A stretch of 64,000 nt of DNA from Mobula hypostoma (lineage: Eukaryota), in contig NC_086097.1 in NCBI RefSeq assembly GCF_963921235.1, positions 32,862,001 through 32,926,000 of the forward strand, in the 5' to 3' direction. Shown piece after piece: positions 35,100 through 47,932 of this stretch. The position numbers were made by a program, and so were the translations under genes. Positions within the stretch are counted from its first letter, which is position 1, and each line of letters starts with the position of its first letter. Below the pieces are notes generated by a model, which had not been told where the DNA came from, made no database searches, and saw nothing but the letters and a program-made list of their open reading frames with translations.

Positions 35100-38000
35100 C
35101 TATTCGGGAATGAGACAAGGCAGGTAACAGAAGTTTGTGTCGGGAAACACTTCGCATCCAGTGACCATTAGTTTCAAAGTAAATATGGAAAGAGCGGTCT
35201 GGTCCACAGGTTGAGATTCTTAATTGGAGAAAGGCTAATTTTGATGGTATCAGAAATGATCTGGCAAGTGTGGATTGGGACAGGCTGTTTTCTGGCAAAG
35301 ACGTACTTGGAAAATGGGAGGCCTTCAAAGATGAAATTTTGAGAGTACAAAACTTGTCAGAATAAAAGGTAAAGATAACAGGTGTAGGGGACCTTGGTTT
35401 TCAAGAGATATTGAGGCCTGGTTTAGAGGAAAAAGGAGGGGCAGAGCAGGTATAGGCAGGTAGGAAGAAATGAGGTGCTTATGGAGTACAAGAAATGCAA
35501 GAGAACACTTAAGAAAGAAACCAGGAGGGCTAAAAGAAGGCATGAAGTTGCCTAGCAGACAAGGTGAAGGAGAATCCAAAGGGATTCTACAGGTATGTTG
35601 AGAGCAAAAGGATTACAAGGCAGAAAATTGGTCCTCCAGAAGATCAGAATGGTAATGTATGTATGGAGCCAAAACAGATGGGAGAGATCTTAAATGAATT
35701 CTTTGCACCTGTATTTACTCGGGAGATGGATACAGAGTCTATAGAAGTGAGGCAAAGTAGCATCAACTTCATGGAGCCTGTACAGATTACAGAGGAGGAG
35801 GTGTTTGCTACCCGGAGGTAAATCAGAGTGGATAAATTCCCAGAGCCTGATAAGGTGTTCCCCCTGACCTTATGGGAGGCAAGTGTAGAAATTGCCAGGG
35901 CCCAAGCAGAGAAATTTAAATCATCCTTGGCGACAGGAGAGGTACCAAAGAATTGGAGGATAACCAATTTTGTCCAAAAAGGCTGTAAATGTAAACTAGG
36001 AAATTTTTTGGCCAATGAGTCTGACATAGTCATAGTCATAGTCATACTTTATCAATCCTGGGGGAAATTGGTTTTTGTTACAGTTGCTCCATAAATAATA
36101 AATAGTAATAGAACATAAATAGTTAAATAGTAATATGTAAATTATGCCAGTAAATTATGAAACAAGTCCAGGACCAGCCTATTGGCTCAGGATGTCTGAC
36201 CCTCCAAGGGAGGAGTTGTAAAGTTTGATGGCCACAGGCAGGAATGACTTCCTATCACGCTCAGTGCTGCATCTCGATGGAATGAGTCTCTGGCTGAATG
36301 TACTCCTGTGCCCAACCAGTCCATTATGTAGTGGATGGGAGACATTGACCAAGATGGCATGCAACTTAGACAACATCCTCTTTTCATTCACCACTGTGAG
36401 AGAGTCCAGTTCCATCCCCACAACATCACTGGCCTTACAAATGAGTTTGTTGATTCTGTTGGTGTCTGCCACCCTCAGCCTGCTGCCCCAGCACACAACA
36501 GCAAACATGATAGCACTGGCCACCACAGACTCGTAGAACATCCTCGGCATTGTCCAGCAGATGTTAAAAGACCTCAGTCTCCTCAGGAAATAGAGACGGC
36601 TCTGACCCTTCTTGTAGACAGTCTCAGTGTTCTTTGACCAGTCCAGTTTATTGTCAATTCGTATCCCCAGGTATTTGTAATCCTCCACCATGTCCACACT
36701 GACCCCCTGGATGGAAACAGGGGTCACCGGTACCTTAGCTCTCCTCAGGTCTATCACCAGCTCCTTAGTCTTTTTCACATTAAGCTGGAGATAATTCTGC
36801 TCACACCATGTGACAAAGTTTCCTACCGTAGCCCTGTACTCAGCCTCATCTCCCTTGCTGATGCATCCAACTATGGCAGCGTCATCCGAAAATTTCTGAA
36901 GATGACAAGACTCTGTGCAGTAGTTGAAGTCCGAGGTGTAAATGGTGAAGAGAAAGGGAGATAAGACAGTCCCCTGTGGAGCCCCAGTGCTGCTGATCAC
37001 TCTGTTGGACACACAGTGTTGCAAGCACACGTACTGTGGTCTGCCAGTCAGGTAATCAAGAATCCATGATACCAGGAAAGCATCCACCTGCATCATCAGT
37101 TGTGGGAAAGTCATTGGAAGGTATTCGAAGGGACCGGTTATATGAGAATTTATTTAGACATTGACCGATTAAGGATAGTCAGCATGGCTTCATGTGTAGT
37201 AGGTCATGTTTAACTAGTTTTATAGTTTTTCAAGGAAGTTACCTGGAAATTTGGTGAAGGCAAGGCATTAGATGGTGTCTAAATGGACTTCAGCAAGGCC
37301 TTTGACAATTGCCGCATGGGAGGCTGGTCAAGAAGGTTCAGTCGCTCAGCATTTAAATTGGATTTGTCATTGGCTCTGTGGAAGAGGCCAGACAGTGGTA
37401 GTGGGGGGTTGCCTTTCTGACTGGAGGCCTGTGACTAGTGCCGTGCTTCAGGGTTTGTAGCTCTGTTCTTTGTTATTTGTCATTTATATCAATGATCTGG
37501 ATGATAATGTGGTTAACTGGATCAGCAAATATACGGATGACACCAAGATTGAGGATGTGGTAGACAGTGAGGAAGGCTATCATGGCTTGCAGAAGGATCT
37601 GCATCAGCTGGAAAAATGGGCTGAAAATGGCAGATGGAATTTAATGTAAACAAGTGTGAGGTTTTGCACTTTGGTAGGACCAATCAGTGAATGATAGGGC
37701 AGAAAGGCATGTGGTCGAACAGAGGGTTCTGAGAATACAAGTACATTTGTACATTTCATTGAAAGTGGCGTCACAGGTAGATAGGATCATAAAGAAAGCT
37801 TTTGGCACATTGGCCTGTGTTAATTACAGATGTTATGTTGAAGTTGTATAAGATGCTGGTGAGGCTTAATTTGGAGTATTGTGTGCAGTTTTGGTCACCA
37901 GCCTACAGTAAAGATGTAAACAAGGTTAAGAGGGTGCAGAGAAAATTGACAAGGTTGTTGCTGGGTCTGGAAGACCTGGGTTATAAGGAAAGATTTTATA

Positions 38001-38390
38001 GGTTAGAACTGTATTCGGTAGAATGAAGAAGATTGAGAGGAGATTTGATAGTGGTATACAAAATTGTGAAGGGTATAGATGGGGGTAAATGCTTTTTCCA
38101 CTGAGATTCGGTGGAACACTAACTGGAGGTTTTGGATGAAAGATGAAAAGTTTAAGGGGAACATGAGGGGAACCTCTTCACTCAGAGGGTCATGACAGTG
38201 TGGAATGAGCTGCCAGCTCAAGTGGGGCATGCGAACTTGATTTCAACGTTTAAGAGAAGTTTGGATAGGTACATGGATAGTGAGGATATGGAGGCTATGG
38301 TTCGGGTCATTGGGAGTAGGCAGCTTAAATGGTTTCAGCGTGGACTTGATGCACCAAAGAGCCTGTTTCTGTGCTGTACTTCTGTATGAC
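35100..38390 (+). mobile_element. CR1 LINE ORF2 (endonuclease end to 3' tail), interrupted by Rex1
   Basis: KENPKGFYRYVESKR, DWRPVTSAVLQG, EYCVQFWSPAY motifs; many stops and frameshifts. Confidence 0.9.
36029..37093 (-). mobile_element. Young 5'-truncated Rex1/Babar LINE
   Basis: Uninterrupted ORF 36179-37114 (STGAPQGTVLSPFLFTIYTSD...KFSDD...YKYLG); (GACTAT)n tail; the host CR1 reads through across the insertion. Confidence 0.92.
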
Positions 38391-38502
38391 ATGGTTGTGG
38401 ATGGTCCTGGAACCGGATCCTTGGGTGTAACCAAATGAGGTTCAGAATTGTTTGCCAAGTTCGTCAAGTACCAAAAGTCAAAGCAGATAAAGGATCAATG
38501 AA

Positions 38503-40930
38503 TATGAATTGAATTGACTTTATTTCTTACATCCTTCACATATGAGGTGTAAAAAAAATCTTCACGTTACATCTGTCTAAATGTGCAATGTACAATTATA
38601 GTAATTTATAATTTATGATAAATAGGACAGTCAGTGTAATATAGAGTACACTCAAATCAGTGTGAGTTCATCAGTCTGATGGCCTGGTGGAAGAAGCTGT
38701 CCCAGAGCCTGTTGGTCCTGGCTTTTATGCTGCAGTATCATTTCCCGGATGGTAGCAGCTGGAATAGATTGTGGTTGGGGTGACTCGGGTCCCCAATGAT
38801 CCTACAGGCCCTTTTTTCACATCTGTCCTTGTAAATGACCTGAATCATGGGAAGTTCACAACTATAGATGTGCTGGGCTGTCCGCACCACTCTCTACAGA
38901 GTCCTGCGATTAAGGGAGGTACAGTTCCCATATCAGGCAGTGATACAGCCAGTCAGGATGCTCTCAATTGTGCCCCTATAGAAAGTTCTTAGGATTTGGG
39001 AGACCATACCAAACTTCCTCAACCGCCTGAGGTGAAAGAGGCACTGTTGTGCCTTTTTCACCACACAGCTGGCGTGTACAGACCATGTGAGGTCCTCAGT
39101 GATGTGGATGCCGAGGAACTTAAAGCTGTTTACCCTCTCACCCCAGATCCATTGATGGCAATAGAGTATAGCCCGTCTCCATTCCTCCTGTAATCCACAA
39201 CCAGCTCCTTTGTTTTCGCGACAGGGGGCGAGGTTGTTTTCTTAATAACCTATGTCAGAGAGATGACTTCTTCCCTGTAGGCCTCCTCATTATTGTTTGA
39301 GATTATGCCAATGAATGTAGTGTTGTCAGCAAATTTAATCAGCAGATTAGAGCTATGGGTGGCAATACAGTCATGGGTATACAGTGAGTAAAGGAGGGGA
39401 CTCGGTATGCAGCCCTGAGGGACTCCTGTATTGAGAGTCAGAGGGTTGGAGGTGAGGGAGCCCACTCTTACAACCTACTGGCGATCTGACAGGTTGGAGG
39501 CTGGTCCCGAGGCTCGATGTCCGCAAGACAGGGTCAAGGCCAACGTCTCTGAGCTTCTTGTTGAGCCTGGATGGAACTATGTTGTTGAATGCTGAACGGT
39601 AGTCCAAGAACAGCATTCTCACATAAGCATCCTTCTCCAGATGTATAAGGACGGTATATAGAGCAGTGGCTATTGCATCATCTGTCGATCGGTTGTGTCG
39701 GTAGGCGAATTGTAGGGGGTCCAGTTTGGGTGGTAGCAAGCTGCAGATATAATCCTTGACCAGCCTCTCAAAGCACTTGTTTATTATTGAGGTGAGTGCG
39801 ACAGAATGTCAGTCATTCAGGCATGTTACTTTGGTCTTTTTTGGGTACAGGGACAATGGTGGATAATTTGAAGCAGGGGGACACTCTACATTGGGGTGGG
39901 AGGAGAGGGAGAAAGATTAAAATTGTCAGTAAACACACCTGCCAGTTGTGCTCCGCACATCCTGAGAACTCGCTATGGGATGCTGTCCGGTCCCACAGCC
40001 TTGTGACTGTCCACTCGTTGGAAACATCTGTGTGCCTCAGCGATGACCAGGTTGCAGGTTGTAGCTGTGGCTTTCCTTGGAGGCTCAGAGTTAGCAACAT
40101 ACAAGTGATTGAGCTCATCTGGGAGAGAGGCCGCGATGTTGGCGGCACCACAACGTTTGACTTTGAAGTCTGCGATGGTACGCAGCCCTCGCCACAAGTC
40201 ACGTGTGCTATTCGTTGTGAATCTTGACTTAATCTTGTCCCTATATTGTTGTTTCACAGCCTTAATAGCTTTGTGATCATAGCTGCTTTTCTTGAGCTCT
40301 AGCTGATCGGCAGCGATGTAAGCTCAATGTCACGCTGTAAGTGCAGCTCGTATGGAACTATTGATCCAGGGTTCCAGTTCGGGAAGTTCCTGACCGCCTT
40401 CTGGGGGACAACAGCGTTGAAGCACTTCTGGATGAAGCATGTGACTCCATCAGTGAACTTGGAGACATCCTCATCATGGAAGACATTCCAGTCGACATCA
40501 TTGAAGCAGTCCTGCAGCATGGAGGCCGATTGGTCAGACCAACAGTGGACGGTTTTAACTATGGCCGCCAATTGTTTCAGCTTCTGCCTGTACATTGGCA
40601 AAAGCAGGATCGAAGAGTGATTCGATTTTCCAGAAGCTGGGCGAAGGAGAGCTTTGTAAGCGTTGTGGAAGGGAGTGTAGCAGCTGTCAAGTGTGTTATC
40701 TCCACTAGTGCCCACCTGGATGTGTGACAAAACTTCAGAGAGTCCTTCATCAGCAACGCTCGATTAAATTCACCAGTGACAATGAAGGTAGCCTCTGGGT
40801 GTGCAGTCTCCAGTGTGTTGATGGACTCGTACAGTTCCTTGAGAGCCAGGTCAGTGTCAGCCTGTGGCAGAATGTACACCGCTGTGAACTCCCTGGGCAG
40901 CCAGTGGGGTCTGCACAGCAGCACAAGGAG
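38503..40930 (-). mobile_element. Rex1/Babar LINE (endonuclease and RT, decayed)
   Basis: CRPHWLPREFT, LDPLQFAYRHNRSTDDAI...VRMLFLDYRSAFN, TGVPQGCIPSPLLYSLYTHDC...KFADN; (CAATT)n tail. Confidence 0.92.
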
Positions 40931-43035
40931 GATCGTTTGACAGAATTGTCAAATGGTGCCAGTTGGGATGAATGTTGGTTTGTGACCCGGTTAGAAATAT
41001 TGCAACTTGGAGATGTGTACAAAGTCGTAAAGAGCAGTGGGAGACTGGAGGATTGAGAAAACTTTAAAAAGCAACAATGAACAACTAAACAAGAAATAAG
41101 GAAAGGGAAGATAGAATATGAAAGTAAATTAGCACAAAATATAAAAACAGATAAAGCAAAAGTTTTTATAAATATATAAAGCGGAAGAGGGTGGCTAAAG
41201 TCAACGTAGGTCCCCTGGAAGACGAGAAGGGGAGATTGATATTGGGTGATAAGGAAATGGCTGAGGCATTGAACAACTATTTTGTGTCGGTCTTCACAGT
41301 GGAGGACACGTTTAATATGCCAAAAAAGGATGTTATGGATGAAATGGGAAGTGAGGACCTCGATTAAAATCACTGTCACTAAAGAGATAGTGATGAGCAA
41401 ACTAGAGAGCCTGAAGGTAGATAAGTCCCCTGGTCCTGATGGGATGCATCCCAGGGTGCTGAGGGAATTGGTGGAGGTTATAGTAGACAATTTTGTAATC
41501 ATTTATCTAGACTCTGGGCAGATCTCAGCGGATTGGAAGAGAGCAAATGTCACGCCATGTCAGGAAAATGCTTGAAGCTGTCATTAAGGAAGAAATAGCG
41601 AAACATTTAGAAAGGAGTGGTTCCATTAGACAGACACAGCACAGATTCAGAAAGGGCAGGTCCTGTTTGACAAACTTACTGGAGTTCTTTGAGGACATAA
41701 TGGGTGCAGTGGATAGAGGGGAACAGGTGGATGTTGTATACTTGGATTTCTAGAAGGTGTTCGATGGAGTTTTTTGTATTGTTATATTTACGCTCTATTC
41801 TTAGTTGGTGCGGCTGTAACGAAACGAAATTTGCCCTCGGGATCAATAAAGTATATCTATCTATCTATCTATCTATCTGTAAGGTGCCGCACAAGAGACT
41901 TAAATAAGATAGTGATGCATGGAGTCGGAGGAAGTGTATTGGCATGGATAGTGGATTGGTTAACCAATAGAAGGCAGAGAGTTAGTATAAATGAGTGTTT
42001 CTCTGGTTGGCAGTCAGTGGTAAGTGGGGTGCCGCAGGGGTCTGTGCTGGGCCTGCAGCTGTTTACTATTTACATTGATGATTTGGAAGAGGGGACTGAG
42101 TGTAGCGTAGCAAAATTTGATGATGACACTAAACTGAGTGGAAAAGCAAATTGTACAGAGGATGTGGAGAGTCCACAGAGGGATATAGATAGGTTAAGTA
42201 ACAGGGCCAAGATCTGACAGATGGAATACAATGTTGGTAAATGCGAGATCATCCACTTTGGAAGGAATATTAGAAGAGCAGATTATTATTTAAATGGTGA
42301 AAGATTGCAGCATGCTGTTGTGCAGAGGGACTTGGGAGTGCTTGTTCATGAATTGCAAAAAGTTGGCTTGCAGGTACAACAGCTTATTAAGAAGGCAAAT
42401 GGAATGTTGGCCTTCATTGCTCGAGGGATTGAATTCAAGAGCAGGGAGATCATGCTGCAACTATACAGGGTACTGGTAAGGCCGCACCTGGAGCACTGTG
42501 TGCAGTTCTGGTCTCCATACTTGAGGAAGGATATACTGGCTTGGGAGGCAGTGCAGAGGAGGTTCACCAGGTTGATTCCAGAGATGAAGGTGAGGAGAGA
42601 CTGAGTCGCCTGGGACTATACTCTCTGGAATTCAGAAGAATGAGAGGGGATCTTATAGAAACATAGAAAATTTTGAAAGGTGTAGATAAGATAGAAGTAG
42701 GAAAGTTGTTTCCATTGGTAGGTGAGACTAGAACTAGGGGACACTGCCTCAAGATTCAGGGGAGAAGATTTAGGATGGAGATGAGGAGAAACTGTTTTTC
42801 CCAGAGAGTGGTGAATCTGTGGAATTCTCTGCCCGGGGAAGCAGTTGGGGCTTCCTCACTAAATATATTTAAGATACAGTTAGACAGATTTTTACATAGT
42901 AAGGAAATCAAGGGTTATGGGGAAAAGGCAGGTAGTTGGAGCTGAGTTTATGGACAGATCAGCCATGATCTTATTGAATGGCGGGCAGGCTCGATGGGCT
43001 GGATGGCCTACTCCTGCTCCTATTTCTTATCTTCT
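40930..43035 (+). mobile_element. CR1 LINE ORF2 and 3' end
   Basis: DKSPGPDGMHPRVL, GRSCLTNLLEFFED, SGVPQGSVLG...KFDDDTKL; small (ATCT)n-tailed insertion at ~41766-41879. Confidence 0.92.
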
Positions 43036-43616
43036 TATTACAGTGATCCTATGCTTCAGTGATTTCTGCTTGTACTCTTGTCCTAAAGTGGAGTTACAGT
43101 CAGCGATTTGGGCAAGGCTGGGCTTGTGTGTCCATTTTATACTGAGGTTGTGATTCAGGTTGTAAAACTAACAAACTCAGAATCTGGTTTAATATCACTG
43201 GCATCTGTCATGAAATCTGTTGTTATGTGGCGGTAGTACATTGCAGTACATAATAAAAACTAAACAGTGGGGGGAAAAGCAGTGAAGTTGTGTTCATGGG
43301 TTCATTGTTCATTCAGATGTCTGATGGCAGAGGGAAAGAATCTTTTCCTGGCATCATTGTGTGTCCCTTTATCTTTTTGTACCTCCTCCCTGATGGCAAC
43401 AATCAGAAGAGGGCATGTCCTTGTAAACGTAAGTATGCTGGATCAAATAATGACAGTACAAAAAGATCGTTACTTATCTTTCCACCCGTTTATTTCTTTG
43501 AGCTCAGCTGGCGAGTGAACTTGGACCTGACATCAGGGAGTGAATCCTTCCCATCTCCCCAGCGGTTCAACAAGTTCACTGCCTGATGTCAGAATTGTCA
43601 GAAGTTATAAGGCCAC

Positions 43617-43763
43617 CGATACAAAAGAACAATCAATTTGATAAGCATTCCAGCCAAGTCAATAGACTATCGATACAAAGAACAATCAGTTTGATAACTA
43701 TTCCAGCGAAGTCAATGGACTATTGATACAAAATTACAATCAATTTGTTAGACACTCCAGCCA
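43617..43763. repeat. 53-54 bp tandem repeat, ~2.7 copies
   Basis: Units start at 43617, 43671 and 43724 (CGATACAAAAGAACAATCAATTTGATAAGCATTCCAGCC...). Confidence 0.9.
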
Positions 43764-44089
43764 CCTTAATTAAAGAAAGAAATGTCCTACCTGGTTTGGT
43801 GGAGCCACAACTTAATTACAAAGATAAGAACATCCATCAAATTTATGCTTTAATTAAGAAAGGACTGTTCTGTCTAATTTCCATTAGGTACTGCTTTTTG
43901 TCAAAATCAAAAGGTGTGAAAAGCCCAGACATCTTATGTGGATCTAGGCGAACTTTAATCCTTGTCTTGGTCCAAAGAAAGCAGCTGTGAGACATTATTC
44001 AAACACACTGCAGTCACAGACATAGTCAGTACTGAATCCATTGTTTACAGGAATCTGAGAATCCCCCATTCCCTTAAACTTTATCATCC

Positions 44090-45250
44090 TGGGTGATGGG
44101 GATCCTTAGTGATGGATGCCATGTTTTTGAGGGATCGTCAGTTAGAATGTTGTCCACGGTACATCTGTATGAATTTGTAAGGGTCTTTGGTGATGTACCA
44201 AGTCTCCTCAAACTCCTTAAGAAATATAGCTGCTGTTGTGCTGCCTTTACAACTACATCAATATGTTGGGCCCAGGATAGATCCTTCGATATTGACAGCC
44301 AGGAACTTGAAATTGCTCACCCTTTGCACTTCTGATCCCTCTGAGGATTGGTGTGTGTTCTCTAGTCCACCTTTTCTGCAGGCCACAATCAGTTCTTTGA
44401 TCTTACTAACGTTGAGTGCAAGGTTGCTGTTATGACACCACTCAACTAGCTGATCAGTCTCACTCCGCTACACCTTCTCATTGCCATCTGAAGTTCTACC
44501 AATAATAGCAACACACAACCGCTAGAGGAATTCAGAAGGCCAGGGGATATCTATGGAAAAGAGTAAACAGTCCACGTTTCGGGCTGAGTCCTGATAAAGG
44601 GTTTCAGCCCAAAATGTCGACAGTTTATTCTTTTCCATCGATGCTGCTTGTTCCTCCAGCATTTTATGTGTGTTGCTTGGGTTTCCAGCATCTGCAGATT
44701 TTCCCTTGTTTGTGATTCTGCCAATAATTGTTGTGCCATCAGTGAATTTATAGATGGCATTTGAGCTGTGCCTTGCCACACACTCATGGGTGTTGAGAGA
44801 GCAGGACTAAGCACATATCCTTGAAGTGTGCCAATGTTGATTATCAGCGAGAAGGAGATGCTACTTCTGATCTGCACAGACAGTGGTCTTATGGGGAGGA
44901 AGTCGAGGATCCTGTTGCAGAGGGAGATACAGAGGACCAGGTTTTGGAGCTCTGGAGTGATAGACAAATTGCGGTGGATCCAGAACCTTGCTGAGGCAGG
45001 AGTTGATTCTTACCGTAACCAACCTCTCAAAGCACTTCATCACAATAGATGTGAGTACAACCGGACAATAGTCATTAAGGTAGCTCACCCTGCTCTTGGG
45101 CACTAGTTTAATTGTTGCCCTTTTGAAGCAAATGGGAACTTCCGATTATAGCAATGAGAGATTGAAAATATCTTCGAGCACTCACCCCAATTGGTTGGCA
45201 CAGATTTTCAGAGTTGTCTTAGGTACTCCATCGGGGTCTGTTGCCTTGCT
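44090..45250 (-). mobile_element. Rex1/Babar-like LINE RT fragment
   Basis: [43 protein letters not shown]. Confidence 0.82.
44507..44715. mobile_element. ~209-bp palindromic Penelope pseudo-LTR derivative
   Basis: Two inverted pLTR halves joined at the hammerhead region; TSD TTCTACCAATAAT / TTCTGCCAATAAT. Confidence 0.82.
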
Positions 45251-45839
45251 GTTCTTGCACTGAAGTTATTATCCTTGTGTCTGAAGCTTTTTACTGTGAT
45301 TCGTTAGCAAACTTTGTTTTGCCATTTGTTTTAACAAAGGAGCATTTATTCACTCTACAATTCCTGCAATTTTCTGTTCTTTCTCTTTTCAGTTTCTCCT
45401 TTATCATCTCGGTATTCAGTGAAAAAAAAATGTTTAACTCTCACCAAATTGGGTCTGTATTTGGTGTCTTGGACATCTTCTTCCTCCTGCCATAATTACC
45501 ATCAAATTATTTTTTTTCTTCCCTCTCGTTTGTGTACAGGAATTTTAAGTCCCTGGTGTTATTTTTGAGACAGTGTGTTTATCATACTTCATTCTCTTGC
45601 ACAGATATTTGTGCTTCTACACCAATTTCTTTTCACTACATATTGGATACTGTTATCCTTGGTAAATATAGTACAGTCTGGAGGGTGTGATCATTTGACC
45701 CATAAAGGGATGATTGTTTTAAGATTATCCCATTGAATATTTAACTTCAAGTCAAAAGTCATAGTTTCATATTTATCTTCTGCATTTCGTAGTCTGTGCT
45801 GTTCACTGTTGATCAAAATCATTACTGTGATATAAGTAA

Positions 45840-46106
45840 TGCCAGAGTAGCACAACTTTACTAAAAGCTTGCGGTTTGACTTCAATTCCAGTGCCAATTG
45901 TAAGGAGTTTGTGTGTTTTCCCTGTGACCGTGTGGGTTTCCTCCAGGTGCCCTGGTTTCCCCTCTCAGCCCAAAGACATACTGGTTTGTAGGTTAATTGG
46001 TCATTGTAAATTGTCCTGTGATTAGGCTTGGGTTAGATGAAGTGGATTGCTGTGCTGTGCGGTGCAGCTCATTGGGCTGGGAGGGCCTGTTCCATGCTGT
46101 ATCTTG
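45840..46106 (+). mobile_element. V-SINE-type tRNA SINE
   Basis: TTCAATTCC box, GGAGTTTGTGTGTTTTCCCTGTGACCGTGTGGGTTTCC domain, CR1-like tail. Confidence 0.72.
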
Positions 46107-46116
46107 ACATAAAATT

Positions 46117-46638
46117 CAGTTCTTGTCACCTTACTGCAGGAAGGATGTGGTACTATAGAGAGAGTGCAGAGGACATTTACAAGGATGTTGCCTGGATTGG
46201 GGAGCATGCCTTATGAGAATAGGTTGAATGAACTCTTGGAGCTTTTCTCCTTGGAGCAGTGGAGGATGAGAGGTGAGCTGATCGAGGTGTATAAGATGAG
46301 AGGTATTGATCGTGTAGATAGTCAGAAGCTTTTTCCCAGGGCTGAAATGGCTAACACAAGAGGGCACAGTTTTAAGGTGCTTAGAAGTGGTACAGAGGAG
46401 ATGTCAGGAGTAAGTTTTTTACACAGAGAGTGGTGAGTGCGTGGAATGGGCTGCCAGCGACAGTGGTGGAGGAGGATACGATAGAGTCTTTTAAGAGACT
46501 TTTGGATAGGTACATGGAGCTTAGAAAAATAGAGGGCTATGGGTAACCATAGGTAATTTCTGAGGTAAGGACATGTTTGGCACAGCTTTGTGGGCCGAAG
46601 GGCCTGTATTGTGCTGTAGGTTTTCTATGTTTCTATGT
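46117..46638 (+). mobile_element. CR1 LINE 3' end
   Basis: ORF 46164-46436; (TTTCTATG)2 tail. Confidence 0.9.
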
Positions 46639-47034
46639 TTCACATCCAATCCTTGTATTCCATGCACTAGGAATTCCACACCTGTCTCAGCCTGTTATTA
46701 TTCTATGCTACCCTCCCTGGTTGTTTACTGTATTTTTTTGCCTCTTGTTCAGCCTCCTTCAATTTATAGCAACAAACAAGCTATTGGAGAAACTCAGCAG
46801 GTCGAACAGCAACTGTGGAGGAAACATGAACAAAAGTTTTAAAGTTATTTTAGGAATAGTCTCTTCCCTTCTGCCATTGGATGTCTGAACGGTTCATGAA
46901 CACTACTTCACTATTTTGATTTTTTTTATACTACTTATTTATTTTTTTATCTACTTTTTATTGCAACTTGTAACTTATAGTAATTTTTAAAAATGCATTG
47001 CACTGTACTGCTGCCGCCAAATATATTTGATGAT

Positions 47035-47932
47035 TTCTCTTCTTCGATTGTCCATCGAAATCCGATGACGACGTCTACTCCTTTAACGGTGAGATCTTTG
47101 ATGACTATACAGTCCTATCCTGGACCCACAAGCTCTATTGCAGGTGGGACATGTATATGTAGTAGTGGTGGTGGCAACCATGGCTGCATTTCTCCTGGCT
47201 CTCTTTTGCTATCTTCTGGTTGTTCTTTCCATCTCTAGAATACGAACCCCGTCACTACACAGCTGTCACCAAGTGGTACGGTCAGCAGCAACCTCCTCCA
47301 GGTCCTCGGGTCTGATCTTGCACTTCATTAAAGCATTCTTCATCTGATCCTTATAGCGCTTCTTCGGCCTTCCAGCTGAGCGTCGACCATCATGTAGCTG
47401 GCCGTATAACACTCTGCGGGGTAGCCAACATGGGGGCATCCTTATCATGTGCCCCAGCCACTGCAGCTGACGCTGGGTGATCATGGCCTCAATACTTCTG
47501 CAGTTGGTCTTTACAAGTATTTCAGTGTGAGGCACCCGCTCATGCCGGGTAATTCCCAGGATGTGCTGGAGGCAGCTTATGTGGAAGTGATGTGACGGCT
47601 GTAGGTTACCTAAGCTTCACAGCTATAAAGGAGGGTGGTGACACAGACCGCTTGGTATCCAGCGACCTTTGTGGAGGGACGAAGGCTCCTGTTCTGAAAG
47701 ACTCTACGGCGAAGTCTCCCAAAGGCAGCTGATGCCTGTTTAACGCGACTCTGGATATCATTGTCAATGCCGCTATCCTCAGAGAGAATGCTCCCCAGAT
47801 ATTTGAAAGACGGCACTACTAACAGCTTTTCATCACCAACAGTGAAGGCAGGTAGAGTGGGTGGGACACTGGTACTCCATTGGCATACCATTTCTGTCTG
47901 GGTGGTATTGACAGTCAGCCCCATCCTGCTCA
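47035..47932 (-). mobile_element. RTE-clade LINE 3' fragment
   Basis: FKYLGSILSEDSGIDNDIQSRVKQASAAFGRL...TLLYSCEA; QLQWLGHMIRM...GRPKKRYKD; GAA-type tail. Confidence 0.9.

Noticed and set aside
43617..43763. CRISPR-like array (also considered for 1988-2212)
   Set aside because: Units are contiguous with no unique spacers, there are no cas genes, and the DNA is eukaryotic.
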